Virus record (IMG/VR): IMGVR_UViG_3300029309_000028
Span: 1-61,398 of that record
Reading direction: 5' to 3' (one strand)
Source: a virus
Lineage: Duplodnaviria > Caudoviricetes
DNA: 61,398 nucleotides
In this document: piece after piece, positions 45,405 to 55,241 of the stretch
How positions within the stretch are numbered: the stretch's first letter is position 1
Layout of the letters: every line of letters starts with the position of its first letter
Translations under genes and position numbers: made by a program
Notes under the pieces: model-generated
Told to the model about the DNA's origin: nothing
Database searches by the model: none
Seen by the model: the letters and a program-made list of their open reading frames with translations, nothing else

Positions 45405-46976
45405 ATGGAATACAACTTACCTAGTGAGATCGTCAAAGACTTAAACTTTGGCGATCAAGCTAAAAAACAAATAATAGCTGGCGTTGATAAGCTAGCACAA
45501 GCCGTTAAATCCACATTAGGTGCTTCAGGAAAGTGCGTAATATATGAAGATGCTCGCGGCAAACCGGTCATAACAAAAGATGGTGTAACCGTTGCGCAAA
45601 GCGTAGTCTTATTTGATCCGGTTGAAAACATTGGTGCTACTTTAATTAAAGAAGCAGCTCAAAACACTGTAAGAGAAGCAGGTGATGGTACTACTACAGC
45701 TACAGTTTTAGCGCAAGCAATACTAAAAGATGCTACAGAAGTACAAAAAACAGGTACATCTACAAGAGAAATTAAAGAAGGTATAAATTCTTGTCTTAAA
45801 AAAGTCAACGAATACTTAGAAAACATGTCTATTGACGTAGAAGGTGACATGTTAAGCAATGTTTCTGCTATTTCTTGCAATAATGATGCAGATCTTGGTA
45901 AAATTATCGCCGAAGCTTACACAAAAGTTGGTAAAAATGGTGTAGTTTTGATGGAAACGTCAGAAACTGATGAAACTTACGTAGATTTAGTTGATGGAGT
46001 ACAAATAGACTGCGGTTTAACATCACCAAATTTTGTAACAAACGCAGAAAAACATAAATGTGAGCTAGATAACCCACTTATTTTAATAGTTTCTAGCGAA
46101 ATACCTAATATTCGTAAAATACAAAAAGTATTAGAGCATGTTATTAAAAAAGGTAGAGCATTATTGATAGTAGCGCCAGTTGCACAGCAAGTAAAAGCTG
46201 CATTAATGATGAATAAAGTAAAAGGTAATATAAAAGTTAATATAATTGACTTACCAGGCTTTGGTCCTACTAAAAAAGACACTACTGAAGACTTAGCTGT
46301 ATTAACAGGTGCTACAGTAATTGATGAAGAACTAGGTGATGATCTTGATTTAATAGATATTAATTGCTTAGGTGAAGCTGAATACGCTTCAACAGATGAC
46401 ACTAACACTGTTATAACTACTAAAGATGATATACAACAGGATTTACAAGAAAGAATTGAACTCGTTTCAAAACTCGTTTCTAACGAAAAAAATGGTTTCA
46501 TTAAGAAAAAGCTGGAACAAAGACTGTCTATGCTATCGGGTAGTGTTGGAATCATCAAAGTGGGTGGTAATTCTAAAGTAGAGTTAAAAGAGAAAAAAGA
46601 TAGAGTTGAAGACGCTATATACGCAACTAAAGCTGCTTTGAAAGAAGGTATTGTACCTGGTGGCGGTGTTGCTTTACTAAACGCATCGCAACAAATAACT
46701 TCAAATAATATAGGTGAAACTATATTGCTAAGAGCTATATCATCACCGTTTAATACTATATTAAAAAATGCTGGCTTAGAACAAGTTGGTCCACGACCAT
46801 CAGATGGTGTAGGTGTTAATGTAGTAACTGGTGAAGATGTTAACATGGTAGAAGCTGGTATCGTAGATCCAGTGTTAGTAACTAAATCAGCACTTAAAAA
46901 TGCTGTTAGTGTAGTTTCAACAATTATATCTGCTGATTGTGTAATTTCAAACATAAGAGTAAATGAAGGCGGTTAA
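45405..46976 (+). CDS. groEL: Chaperonin GroEL
   Basis: ITKDGVTVA, AGDGTTTATVLA, EKKDRVEDA, GIVPGGG, GIVDP. Confidence 0.97.
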   Translation: MEYNLPSEIVKDLNFGDQAKKQIIAGVDKLAQAVKSTLGASGKCVIYEDARGKPVITKDGVTVAQSVVLFDPVENIGATLIKEAAQNTVREAGDGTTTATVLAQAILKDATEVQKTGTSTREIKEGINSCLKKVNEYLENMSIDVEGDMLSNVSAISCNNDADLGKIIAEAYTKVGKNGVVLMETSETDETYVDLVDGVQIDCGLTSPNFVTNAEKHKCELDNPLILIVSSEIPNIRKIQKVLEHVIKKGRALLIVAPVAQQVKAALMMNKVKGNIKVNIIDLPGFGPTKKDTTEDLAVLTGATVIDEELGDDLDLIDINCLGEAEYASTDDTNTVITTKDDIQQDLQERIELVSKLVSNEKNGFIKKKLEQRLSMLSGSVGIIKVGGNSKVELKEKKDRVEDAIYATKAALKEGIVPGGGVALLNASQQITSNNIGETILLRAISSPFNTILKNAGLEQVGPRPSDGVGVNVVTGEDVNMVEAGIVDPVLVTKSALKNAVSVVSTIISADCVISNIRVNEGG

Positions 46977-47220
46977 CAATTACATAATAGTAGACAAAAT
47001 AAAAGCTGAACCAAAAAAAGTGGCAGGCCTTATCGTAACAGAAGATACCGATCAAGACAACAGATACACTAAAGCTAAAGTAATTTCTGTAGGTAATCTA
47101 GTTGAAGGTATAAAAAACAACGACGTCGTGTATTACGATAAACACGCGGGCCACGGTGTTCAGTATAAAGATATATTATATTACGTTATACGTTCAGTTG
47201 ACGTAGTACTAATTGATTAA
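46963..47220 (+). CDS. groES: Co-chaperonin GroES-like
   Basis: KAVNNYIIV...GLIV...AKVISVG....IK.NDVVYY. Confidence 0.8.
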   Translation: MKAVNNYIIVDKIKAEPKKVAGLIVTEDTDQDNRYTKAKVISVGNLVEGIKNNDVVYYDKHAGHGVQYKDILYYVIRSVDVVLID

Positions 47221-47295
47221 ACCTAAACCAAAAACAATAAACCTTAAACTTAAAACATAAAATTAACCTAATTATTAACAAAAAAATTATTAAAA

Positions 47296-47634
47296 ATGAC
47301 TGATCCAATTTTAATTTTCATCGACGCTGCTGACGACGCAGGTGCTTACCCAGCTTCCAACTTACTTGGTATGACTGTTGCTGGTGACGGTACTATATTA
47401 GTAAAGTTTGGTAGTTCAATTGGTAGTGGTGGTACAGATGGTTCTGCTGCTGATATTGTAACTTTAACTGTTACTGCTGACACTGAGTTAGCTGTATTTA
47501 AAGGTATTGCTGAAGCTATTGAAGGTGCTAAGAAAAACACTAAAAACTTAGGACACGTTACTATTTGTGATGATGTAAATGGTGTATTTGCTCACCCAAA
47601 CATTTTGAGCTGTACTCTAGCTATTGACTCATAG
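47296..47634 (+). CDS. Hypothetical (possibly structural) protein
   Basis: Codon usage suggests high expression; long G-free leader. Confidence 0.6.
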   Translation: MTDPILIFIDAADDAGAYPASNLLGMTVAGDGTILVKFGSSIGSGGTDGSAADIVTLTVTADTELAVFKGIAEAIEGAKKNTKNLGHVTICDDVNGVFAHPNILSCTLAIDS

Positions 47635-47637
47635 TAG

Positions 47638-48078
47638 ATGCGATTAACCGCGCAAGATTTGCGTGAAATGAATATCCTTAAGTATTACAGGCTCGTGCGT
47701 AAATGGGCCTGTAAAACTTATGGGTTAAAAGACGCAGACTTAGAATTATTAATTTATTTAGATTGTAAAAAAAGATTTACACGAAACGATTTTATTGACG
47801 GAGTTTATACATACTCTTGGGATAAAAACAGATGGGAACGATTAAGACGTGATGGTTGGATAGAAGCTTGGAGACATCGTAATAGAACAACAATTAAATA
47901 TTCAGTGTTTAAAACATCATTTAAATGTTCTCAACTTATAAGTAGAATATATAGAGTATTACTAGGTGAAGAAGATTTACCTGTATCTGAGCGTAGTACT
48001 TTTTTTAATAATAAATCATATACAGATAAAGTTTATAATAAAGCTATAGATGATATGATAAAAGATATTGACAGATAA
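47638..48078 (+). CDS. Hypothetical protein, possibly winged-helix
   Basis: YGLKDADLELLIYL...RLRRDGWIE pattern resembles MarR-like wHTH. Confidence 0.45.
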   Translation: MRLTAQDLREMNILKYYRLVRKWACKTYGLKDADLELLIYLDCKKRFTRNDFIDGVYTYSWDKNRWERLRRDGWIEAWRHRNRTTIKYSVFKTSFKCSQLISRIYRVLLGEEDLPVSERSTFFNNKSYTDKVYNKAIDDMIKDIDR

Positions 48079-48500
48079 TGGCATACAAACTAGGTAAAGG
48101 TTACAAACCATACATGACAAACGGTAACATGCGTACTAAGCTTGCGTTTGGTAGAAAAGCTGGTGGAGACGCATCAGTACCTGGTACACCTGTAATTAGA
48201 AAGCCACTTGGCGAAGGTATTATGGGTGAAGCTAATATGGATGGTAGTATATTTATAAATAAAAATATAATACCTGGTAGTAAAGAAGAAAGAGAAGTTG
48301 TAAACCACGAAATGAGACATGCTACTGATATGAAAATTGGTAAATTATCTTATGGTGATAACTTTGTTAAGTTTAACGGCGAAACTTATTTAAGGAAAAC
48401 AATTAATGGTAAAGATATGATTATAGTAGATGGTGTTGCAAAAGAAGCTGGTAGCCATGACTTTCCTTGGGAAAATGACGCAAATAACGGTAATAAATGA
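48078..48500 (+). CDS. Small zincin metallopeptidase
   Basis: GEANMDGSIFIN...VVNHEMRH...PWE.DA. Confidence 0.7.
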   Translation: MAYKLGKGYKPYMTNGNMRTKLAFGRKAGGDASVPGTPVIRKPLGEGIMGEANMDGSIFINKNIIPGSKEEREVVNHEMRHATDMKIGKLSYGDNFVKFNGETYLRKTINGKDMIIVDGVAKEAGSHDFPWENDANNGNK

Positions 48501-48808
48501 GTTTAATAGGTAATATAGATAATATACCACTATTCACAACTATAGCTGAAGCTGAGCTTTGGGGTAGTCAATATGGTATAAATGGTCATCATACGCACGT
48601 GCTTTTAGGTCAACTAGGTTATATGGCAGGCACTACACACGCAGATATTACAGCTGCAAATTTAAATGTAGTAACAAATCCTTTAACTCCAAGTCAAGTT
48701 AGACAAGCTAGCGGGTCACCTACACCAACAGTTAGTGTTACAATGTCTAGCGGTGGTAGTGGCGGTAGTAGTGGCGGTAGTTCTAGCGGTGGCGGTGGTG
48801 GATATTAA
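48497..48808 (+). CDS. Hypothetical protein with Gly/Ser tail
   Basis: GHHTH motif; SSGGSGGSSGGSSSGGGGGY. Confidence 0.55.
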   Translation: MSLIGNIDNIPLFTTIAEAELWGSQYGINGHHTHVLLGQLGYMAGTTHADITAANLNVVTNPLTPSQVRQASGSPTPTVSVTMSSGGSGGSSGGSSSGGGGGY

Positions 48809-48817
48809 AAATAAATT

Positions 48818-49210
48818 ATGAGTATATTAAGTAAAGTATTTTCAGCAGGAGCTGGTGAATTAGTAAAAAACGTGGGTGGAGTTTTAGATAACTTAACTAC
48901 AACTAAAGAAGAGAAACTAGCAGCTGAAGCAAAAATAAAAGATCTGATAATGGGTTACGAGGCTGAAATGCAAAAGCAAGTAACTGAGAGATGGAAGCTT
49001 GACATGAACAGTGATTCATGGTTAAGCAAAAATATAAGACCATTAGTTCTAGTGTTCTTAGTAATAAGTACAGTGTTGTTAGTATTTATAGATGCTGGTT
49101 TTATAAATTTCGATGTAAAGGACTCTTATGTAGATCTTTTACAATTAGTATTAATAACTGTGATCGGTGCTTATTTTGGAGGTCGTTCACTAGAAAAAGT
49201 AAAAAAATAA
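48818..49210 (+). CDS. Holin (GTA 3TM-holin-like)
   Basis: RWKLDMNSDSWLSKNIRPL, two TM segments, AYFGGRSLEK. Confidence 0.75.
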   Translation: MSILSKVFSAGAGELVKNVGGVLDNLTTTKEEKLAAEAKIKDLIMGYEAEMQKQVTERWKLDMNSDSWLSKNIRPLVLVFLVISTVLLVFIDAGFINFDVKDSYVDLLQLVLITVIGAYFGGRSLEKVKK

Positions 49211-49545
49211 TGGGAATAAATTCAACAGAAGTAGCTTACAACTTTGGACAACTTGGTAGCGGCCACTTACAAGCAGGTAGTAGCGCTTTAACACCACCAA
49301 CAGGTTTGGTGATAGTTGCTATTACGTTTTTAGATAATATAGAATTAAGCGCTTTAGTTCCAGAACAAGTTTATGGAGCTGACACATATATTGGTACCGG
49401 TAGTACTGCTAACACAGCTAACAACAGTGTTGTTATAGATACTGACGTAACTTTTCCAAAAGGCGTTACAATATACGGTAGATTTACATCTGTAACAATG
49501 AACGCTGCTAATGCTAATGGTATAATCTGTTACTTTGGTCAATAA
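49210..49545 (+). CDS. Putative structural protein (start MGINS)
   Basis: TAATG coupling to the holin; FPKGVTIYGRFT. Confidence 0.55.
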   Translation: MGINSTEVAYNFGQLGSGHLQAGSSALTPPTGLVIVAITFLDNIELSALVPEQVYGADTYIGTGSTANTANNSVVIDTDVTFPKGVTIYGRFTSVTMNAANANGIICYFGQ

Positions 49546-50699
49546 TGTTAGGAGTGCCAAGCAGTGTTACAAGTAGCTGTGATATAACACACAAGTTAGT
49601 ATCTAACAAAGGTTCTGCTATTTTTGATGGAACTAATGATTTTATAGATGCTTCTTCAGTAGCTAATGATTTAAACTTAAACACAGGAACTATATCTTTA
49701 TGGGCTCGTGTAACAACTACTGATAGTAATGAATCTTTTTTTAACGTTTCAGACGGTACTAGCGGTAATGATAAACTTGTTCTAATGTATAAAACAAGTA
49801 GTTCTTTAATAAAAGCAAATTATAAAGCTGGAGGAACTAATCAAGAAGCTACTCACTCTATATCTAATAGTGATATTGTATCTGCAGGATGGTTTCATGT
49901 TGTTATGACTTATGATACTACAGCTGATGAAGTAAAGCTTTATTACAATGGATCTTTAGTTAATACAAGATCATCAAGTCTAACCGCTATAGACGCTGAA
50001 ACAGTAAGTTTTGATACAGTTTTACTAGGAAAATCTGCTAATGCTGACAACACATACCAACAAGGTTATATTGATGAGTACGCTTATTTTACTAGAGTTT
50101 TATCAGCTTCAGAAATAACAAGAATATATAATGAAAAAGGAAAGTTTAATTACGCTGAAGATTTAGATTTAACAGGTAGTGCAAATGCTTTAAAACAATG
50201 GTTACGCTTTGGTGATGGTAGTGTTGGTGGTGTAGGAGATCAAACTACTGGTATTATAGATATGAGTAACGCTACTTTAGGTAGCGAGTTAGTTACTAAT
50301 GGTGGTTTTGATGCTAATAGTGATTTTGATTTTATTGGAAATGCAACAATTAGTGGTGGTACTGGTAATTTTTCAGGAGGAGCTAATAGCTTTATTATAC
50401 AAACTAGTGTTGTACCAACTAGTGTTAAATTTTATCAATTAAAGTATGAATTACTAGAAAGCAATGGTGCTACTTTTAGATTATCAGGTGGTAATTCAGC
50501 TTTTGGTACAGTAATATTAACTAATACAGTTGGTGTACATACCGTATTTTTAAAATCTAATGGTACAAAAACATCTTTACAGCTTAACGGTACAACTTCG
50601 TTTGTTGGTACAATAGACAACGTTTCGCTAAAAGAAGTAAATGGCAACCTTGCTTTTACAAGCGGTGCTTTAATTAATCAAAATAATTTACCAGGATAA
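49545..50699 (+). CDS. LamG/concanavalin A-like lectin domain virion protein
   Basis: FDGTNDFI, GWFHVVMTYD, LYYNG, GYIDEYAYFTRVLSASEI; ELVTNGGFD CBM-like domain. Confidence 0.8.
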   Translation: MLGVPSSVTSSCDITHKLVSNKGSAIFDGTNDFIDASSVANDLNLNTGTISLWARVTTTDSNESFFNVSDGTSGNDKLVLMYKTSSSLIKANYKAGGTNQEATHSISNSDIVSAGWFHVVMTYDTTADEVKLYYNGSLVNTRSSSLTAIDAETVSFDTVLLGKSANADNTYQQGYIDEYAYFTRVLSASEITRIYNEKGKFNYAEDLDLTGSANALKQWLRFGDGSVGGVGDQTTGIIDMSNATLGSELVTNGGFDANSDFDFIGNATISGGTGNFSGGANSFIIQTSVVPTSVKFYQLKYELLESNGATFRLSGGNSAFGTVILTNTVGVHTVFLKSNGTKTSLQLNGTTSFVGTIDNVSLKEVNGNLAFTSGALINQNNLPG

Positions 50700-50932
50700 T
50701 GTTTGAAAATAGAAAGTACGTAATAATAAACACGAGTGATGTTTCATCTATAGACTTTAGTTTAGTAATAGAAAACAATGAATCATCATTAAGATATAAT
50801 AATGCTGGAACTAAAACTTTTGTAAAGTTTGAAGGTGATACTCCAGATTTTTTAAGCGGTAAAACGCAATACACACATTCAGAAATATTAAACGAATTAA
50901 ACAAGTCTGAGTGGATAAACACAGACGATTAG
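50699..50932 (+). CDS. Hypothetical protein
   Basis: Coupled ORF. Confidence 0.55.
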   Translation: MFENRKYVIINTSDVSSIDFSLVIENNESSLRYNNAGTKTFVKFEGDTPDFLSGKTQYTHSEILNELNKSEWINTDD

Positions 50933-50947
50933 TAAAAAAATAAAATT

Positions 50948-51712
50948 ATGGGATATTTAAATGTAAAATTTCAACCTGACTTAATACAAGGTGACACTAC
51001 AGTAATGATTGCTGATGATAGAACAGATACGCCTTTTGCCGCTGGTGACGTGCTTTTTGATTGGCACGCTGTAGACATACCAAAAGGTGCATCAGTTTTA
51101 AAAGGAATAACAATAGTAATGAATGGTAAAAATGGATCTAGACAAACAGAAAGAGATATACAGTTTGTTTTTGCAAAAGATATTGATAATGTAGCACCAC
51201 CTACACTAGGTGTTGTAAACGCTACAGCTACAGCTTTATCACTTCAAAACCATATTATAGGAGGTTTTGTTGTAGATTCAACTGTAATTACTAAAATAGA
51301 TCCTTTTAGTGTTTTTGGATCTTGCTCTGGTCCAGCTCCTGCTAACGCGCTTAATTTACCTGTTTTAGAAGGAGACGCTTCTTCAACACAAGGTTTTCAA
51401 CGTGTTTATGTAGGTGCTATTGTTACCGGTGAAATAGACTTTGCTACAAACACTTTAGTAAATGGAGCTATAGACGCTTCAGCTACAAATGGTAAAACTA
51501 TAACAGTAGATGGTACTGACGCTAGAAAAGTGTTTACTAAAGGCGATTTAGTTTACGTTAGTGCTAACGATACACAAATACCTGGTAAAGTAGAAAGTGT
51601 AACTAATACTGTAATTACTTTTGATACTGTTAACTCAACAGTTGATATTGATAATGACACAGAAGTACTGTGTGCAACACCTATTAAAATAACACTTCAT
51701 CTTGAAGATTAA
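50948..51712 (+). CDS. Putative structural protein
   Basis: Beta-rich composition, late arm. Confidence 0.5.
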   Translation: MGYLNVKFQPDLIQGDTTVMIADDRTDTPFAAGDVLFDWHAVDIPKGASVLKGITIVMNGKNGSRQTERDIQFVFAKDIDNVAPPTLGVVNATATALSLQNHIIGGFVVDSTVITKIDPFSVFGSCSGPAPANALNLPVLEGDASSTQGFQRVYVGAIVTGEIDFATNTLVNGAIDASATNGKTITVDGTDARKVFTKGDLVYVSANDTQIPGKVESVTNTVITFDTVNSTVDIDNDTEVLCATPIKITLHLED

Positions 51713-51739
51713 ATAAATAATTAATTTAAATTAAATAAA

Positions 51740-52021
51740 ATGACAAAAAAAGAAAAGTTGGTTGACTTAAAACCAGAGAAGGTTACATCCTCACAATTGG
51801 AAAAAATACAAAAAACTGTTAGTGATATTAACAGAGCTCAAATGGAAATAGGTAGGTTTGAAACACAAAAGCATAACTTATTACATCAAGTAGCTGGTTT
51901 ACAAGATGAACTTAAACTTATTCAAAATGAACTTGAAAAAGATTACGGTACAGTAAACGTTAATATTGAAGACGGTACAATACAATACACTGAAGATGGC
52001 GAGACTGATAAGAAAGATTAG
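51740..52021 (+). CDS. Coiled-coil hypothetical protein
   Basis: Heptad pattern; YGTVNVNIEDG. Confidence 0.55.
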   Translation: MTKKEKLVDLKPEKVTSSQLEKIQKTVSDINRAQMEIGRFETQKHNLLHQVAGLQDELKLIQNELEKDYGTVNVNIEDGTIQYTEDGETDKKD

Positions 52022-52217
52022 TATTGGTAAAGATTATAAAAATGATGCTATGCATTATGCTGTTGGTCAAGAAGTTTACGGTGGACATACTATTTGTGAT
52101 ATAATAGAAGAAGAAGATAAGTTTTCAATATATATTAGAAAAAACAAAGATGTGTTGCCATGGAAAGACTTTAACAAAAACATGGCTGTATCTGTAGAAT
52201 ATAATCTAGAATACTAA
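51996..52217 (+). CDS. Hypothetical protein (start MARLIRK)
   Basis: ATG at 51996. Confidence 0.55.
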   Translation: MARLIRKISIGKDYKNDAMHYAVGQEVYGGHTICDIIEEEDKFSIYIRKNKDVLPWKDFNKNMAVSVEYNLEY

Positions 52218-52807
52218 TGAAAAGCGTTTACAACTTTGTTGTAAAGCCAATAGGTAAAAGATATAATAACGTAAAGAAGGTTGGAAATAAAGAGTTAATT
52301 ATTAACACTGAGATCTTCAACCATCAATACGTTAATAGACAAGCGACTGTAATATCGAAACCTATTATTGGTGATACAGATATAAATGTAGGTAGTGATA
52401 TTATATTACACCACAACGTGTTTAGACGCTGGTATAATGTGAAAGGTATAGAGAAAAATAGTAAGAACTATTTTAATGAAGATACTTATATTGTTTATCC
52501 AGATCAAATATTTTTGTATAAAAAGTTTTGGCAGTGGCACTCACCAAAAGGTTTTTGCTGGGTTAAACCTATAAAAAACAAAGATAAATACGCTAATAGC
52601 GAAACACAAGAAAATATTGGTATTATAAAATATACTGACGGTAGTTTTAAAGTTAATGATCTTGTAGGTTTTACACCTATATCTAATTACGAGTTTGTTA
52701 TTGATGGTGAGCTACTATATAGAGTATATACTAAATTTATTACAATTAAATATGAATATCAAGGAGACGAAGAAACTTATAATCCAAGCTGGGCACAGAG
52801 CAGTTGA
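52217..52807 (+). CDS. Tandem GroES-like (co-chaperonin-like) protein
   Basis: Two FVVKPI/CWVKPI...G.I.....VG.. repeats resembling Cpn10 folds. Confidence 0.5.
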   Translation: MKSVYNFVVKPIGKRYNNVKKVGNKELIINTEIFNHQYVNRQATVISKPIIGDTDINVGSDIILHHNVFRRWYNVKGIEKNSKNYFNEDTYIVYPDQIFLYKKFWQWHSPKGFCWVKPIKNKDKYANSETQENIGIIKYTDGSFKVNDLVGFTPISNYEFVIDGELLYRVYTKFITIKYEYQGDEETYNPSWAQSS

Positions 52808-53030
52808 AGAACTGATTAATGTTGCTAAAGAAAAAATAATAACTAACACAGAAGATGATGTTAGTGCTGATAGATTAAAAAACGCTGCGGCTACGAAAAA
52901 GCTTGCTATATTTGATGCGTTTGAAATACTAAACAGAATACAAGAAGAAGAAAATATACTTGATGGTAAGGAACTAGAAGAAAAGAAACAAAGAGTATTT
53001 AGAGGTTTTGCTGAAGGTAGATCAAAATGA
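52752..53030 (+). CDS. Putative terminase small subunit (start MNIKET)
   Basis: Small helical ORF overlapping the terL start. Confidence 0.5.
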   Translation: MNIKETKKLIIQAGHRAVEELINVAKEKIITNTEDDVSADRLKNAAATKKLAIFDAFEILNRIQEEENILDGKELEEKKQRVFRGFAEGRSK

Positions 53031-55237
53031 GTTACGAACAAACATTAGTTAAGATAATTGAACCTGTTAAACGTACGACTATAACTCGTATGAACAGGGG
53101 TAAAAAATGGCAATATGGATATAATAAAGAACACGATATTATCGTTATATCAAAAACTGGTAAAATTGGTGAAATCATTGAGCTGCAAGGTTTGCGCATT
53201 GCTTTGCCAATGGAACCAGTGCGAGTGCACATGCACGATAAAAACAAATGGCAAAAGTTAGAATATCCTAAAGAATTATCTAAACTAAAAAATATATTTG
53301 ACTGGCGTAGTTATCCTGAAGAAGCAAAAGATCAATGGTATGACTATATAGACAAAGAGTTTAAACGAAGAGATGAAGGCTTTTGGTTTAAAAACAATAG
53401 TAAGTCAACGTACATAACCGGTAGTCATTACATGTATTTACAATGGAGTAAAATAGATGTAGGTGCACCTGATTTTAGAGAAGCTAATAGATTATTTTAT
53501 ATATTTTGGGAAGCATGTAAAGCTGATAAAAGGTGTTATGGTATGTGTTACTTGAAAAATAGAAGATCTGGTTTTTCTTTTATGTCATCAGCCGAAACAG
53601 TTAACTTAGCTACAATATCAAGTGATAGTAGATATGGTATATTATCAAAAAGTGGAAGTGATGCAAAGAAAATGTTTACAGACAAAGTTGTACCAATATC
53701 TGTTAACTATCCGTTTTTCTTTAAACCGATACAGGATGGTATGGATAGACCTAAGTCTGAGCTTGCTTACCGTGTACCTGCGAGTAAGTTTACTCGTAGA
53801 AAAATTACTGCAAACGAAAAGCAAGAAGACTTACAAGGATTAGATACAACTATAGACTGGAAAAATACTGGTGATAATAGTTATGATGGTGAAAAACTAA
53901 ACTTATTAGTACACGATGAAAGTGGTAAATGGGAAAAGCCTGATAACATATTAAATAACTGGAGAGTTACAAAAACTTGTTTAAGATTAGGTAGTAGAAT
54001 AATTGGTAAGTGTATGATGGGTAGTACTAGCAATGCTCTTGATAAAGGTGGTGGTAACTTTAAAAAATTATACAATGATTCAGATGTTAATAGACGAAAC
54101 CGTAATGGACAAACAAAGTCTGGCCTTTATTCTCTCTTTATCCCTATGGAGTGGAACTACGAAGGATTTATTGATGAATACGGACGTCCAGTCTTTAATA
54201 GTTCAAGTCATGATGTATACGGACCAGACGGTGAACTAATAGATTACGGTATTATAGATCATTGGCAAAACGAAGCTGATGGTTTAAAAAACGATCAAGA
54301 CGCGTTAAACGAGTTTTATAGACAGTTTCCAAGAACTGAAGAACACGCGTTTAGAGATGAAGCAAAAAACAGTATATTTAATTTAGTTAGAATATACGAG
54401 CAAATAGATTATAATGATGGTGTGAAACCACCAGTTAACACAGGTAATTTTCAATGGGTTAACGGTATAAAAGATAGTCAAGTTATATTTTATCCAGATC
54501 CAAAAGGTAGATTTAATGTTAGTTGGGTACCACCATCACAATTACAAAATAAAATTAAATTAAAAAATGGAAGCAAACACCCTGGCAACGATCATCTGGG
54601 CGCTTTTGGCTGTGATAGCTACGACATTAGCGGTACTGTAGATGGTAAAGGTTCAAAAGGCTCGTTACACGGTCTTACAAAGTTTAGCATGGAAGAAGCT
54701 CCTGTTAATCAATTTTTTTTAGAATATATAGCTAGACCACAAACCGCAGATATATTCTTTGAAGATGTACTAATGGCATTAGTGTTTTATGGTATGCCAT
54801 TACTTGCTGAAAACAACAAACCTAGATTATTATACTATTTACGAAGACGTGGTTATAGAGGTTATAGTATGAATCGTCCTGATAAATCTTGGAATAAGTT
54901 GTCAACAGCTGAAAAAGAAATAGGTGGTATACCTAATTCAAGTGAAGATATAAAGCAAGCTCATGCAGCAGCTATAGAAATGTATATACAAGGCCATGTT
55001 GGTCAAATGCAAACAGGTGGTTATGGAAGCATGTACTTTAATAGAACTTTAAACGATTGGGGTAAATTTGATATAAATAAACGTACAAAGTTTGACGCAA
55101 CAATTAGTAGCGGTTTAGCTATTATGGCTTGTAATAGACATTTATACGCACCAAACCCAAACGTTGAAAAACAAAAACTAAATATAAACATATCCAGATA
55201 TAGTAATGCTGGTTATAATTCTAAAATAATAAAATAA
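53027..55237 (+). CDS. terL: Terminase large subunit
   Basis: LKNRRSGFS Walker A, LLVHDESGK Walker B, GST, FGCDSYD nuclease motif, KFDATIS. Confidence 0.9.
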   Translation: MSYEQTLVKIIEPVKRTTITRMNRGKKWQYGYNKEHDIIVISKTGKIGEIIELQGLRIALPMEPVRVHMHDKNKWQKLEYPKELSKLKNIFDWRSYPEEAKDQWYDYIDKEFKRRDEGFWFKNNSKSTYITGSHYMYLQWSKIDVGAPDFREANRLFYIFWEACKADKRCYGMCYLKNRRSGFSFMSSAETVNLATISSDSRYGILSKSGSDAKKMFTDKVVPISVNYPFFFKPIQDGMDRPKSELAYRVPASKFTRRKITANEKQEDLQGLDTTIDWKNTGDNSYDGEKLNLLVHDESGKWEKPDNILNNWRVTKTCLRLGSRIIGKCMMGSTSNALDKGGGNFKKLYNDSDVNRRNRNGQTKSGLYSLFIPMEWNYEGFIDEYGRPVFNSSSHDVYGPDGELIDYGIIDHWQNEADGLKNDQDALNEFYRQFPRTEEHAFRDEAKNSIFNLVRIYEQIDYNDGVKPPVNTGNFQWVNGIKDSQVIFYPDPKGRFNVSWVPPSQLQNKIKLKNGSKHPGNDHLGAFGCDSYDISGTVDGKGSKGSLHGLTKFSMEEAPVNQFFLEYIARPQTADIFFEDVLMALVFYGMPLLAENNKPRLLYYLRRRGYRGYSMNRPDKSWNKLSTAEKEIGGIPNSSEDIKQAHAAAIEMYIQGHVGQMQTGGYGSMYFNRTLNDWGKFDINKRTKFDATISSGLAIMACNRHLYAPNPNVEKQKLNINISRYSNAGYNSKIIK

Positions 55238-55241
55238 ATAT

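Noticed and set aside
45977-46954. 325-aa antisense ORF inside groEL
   Set aside because: Shadow frame produced by the codon bias of a conserved gene; S/T/F-rich with no motif
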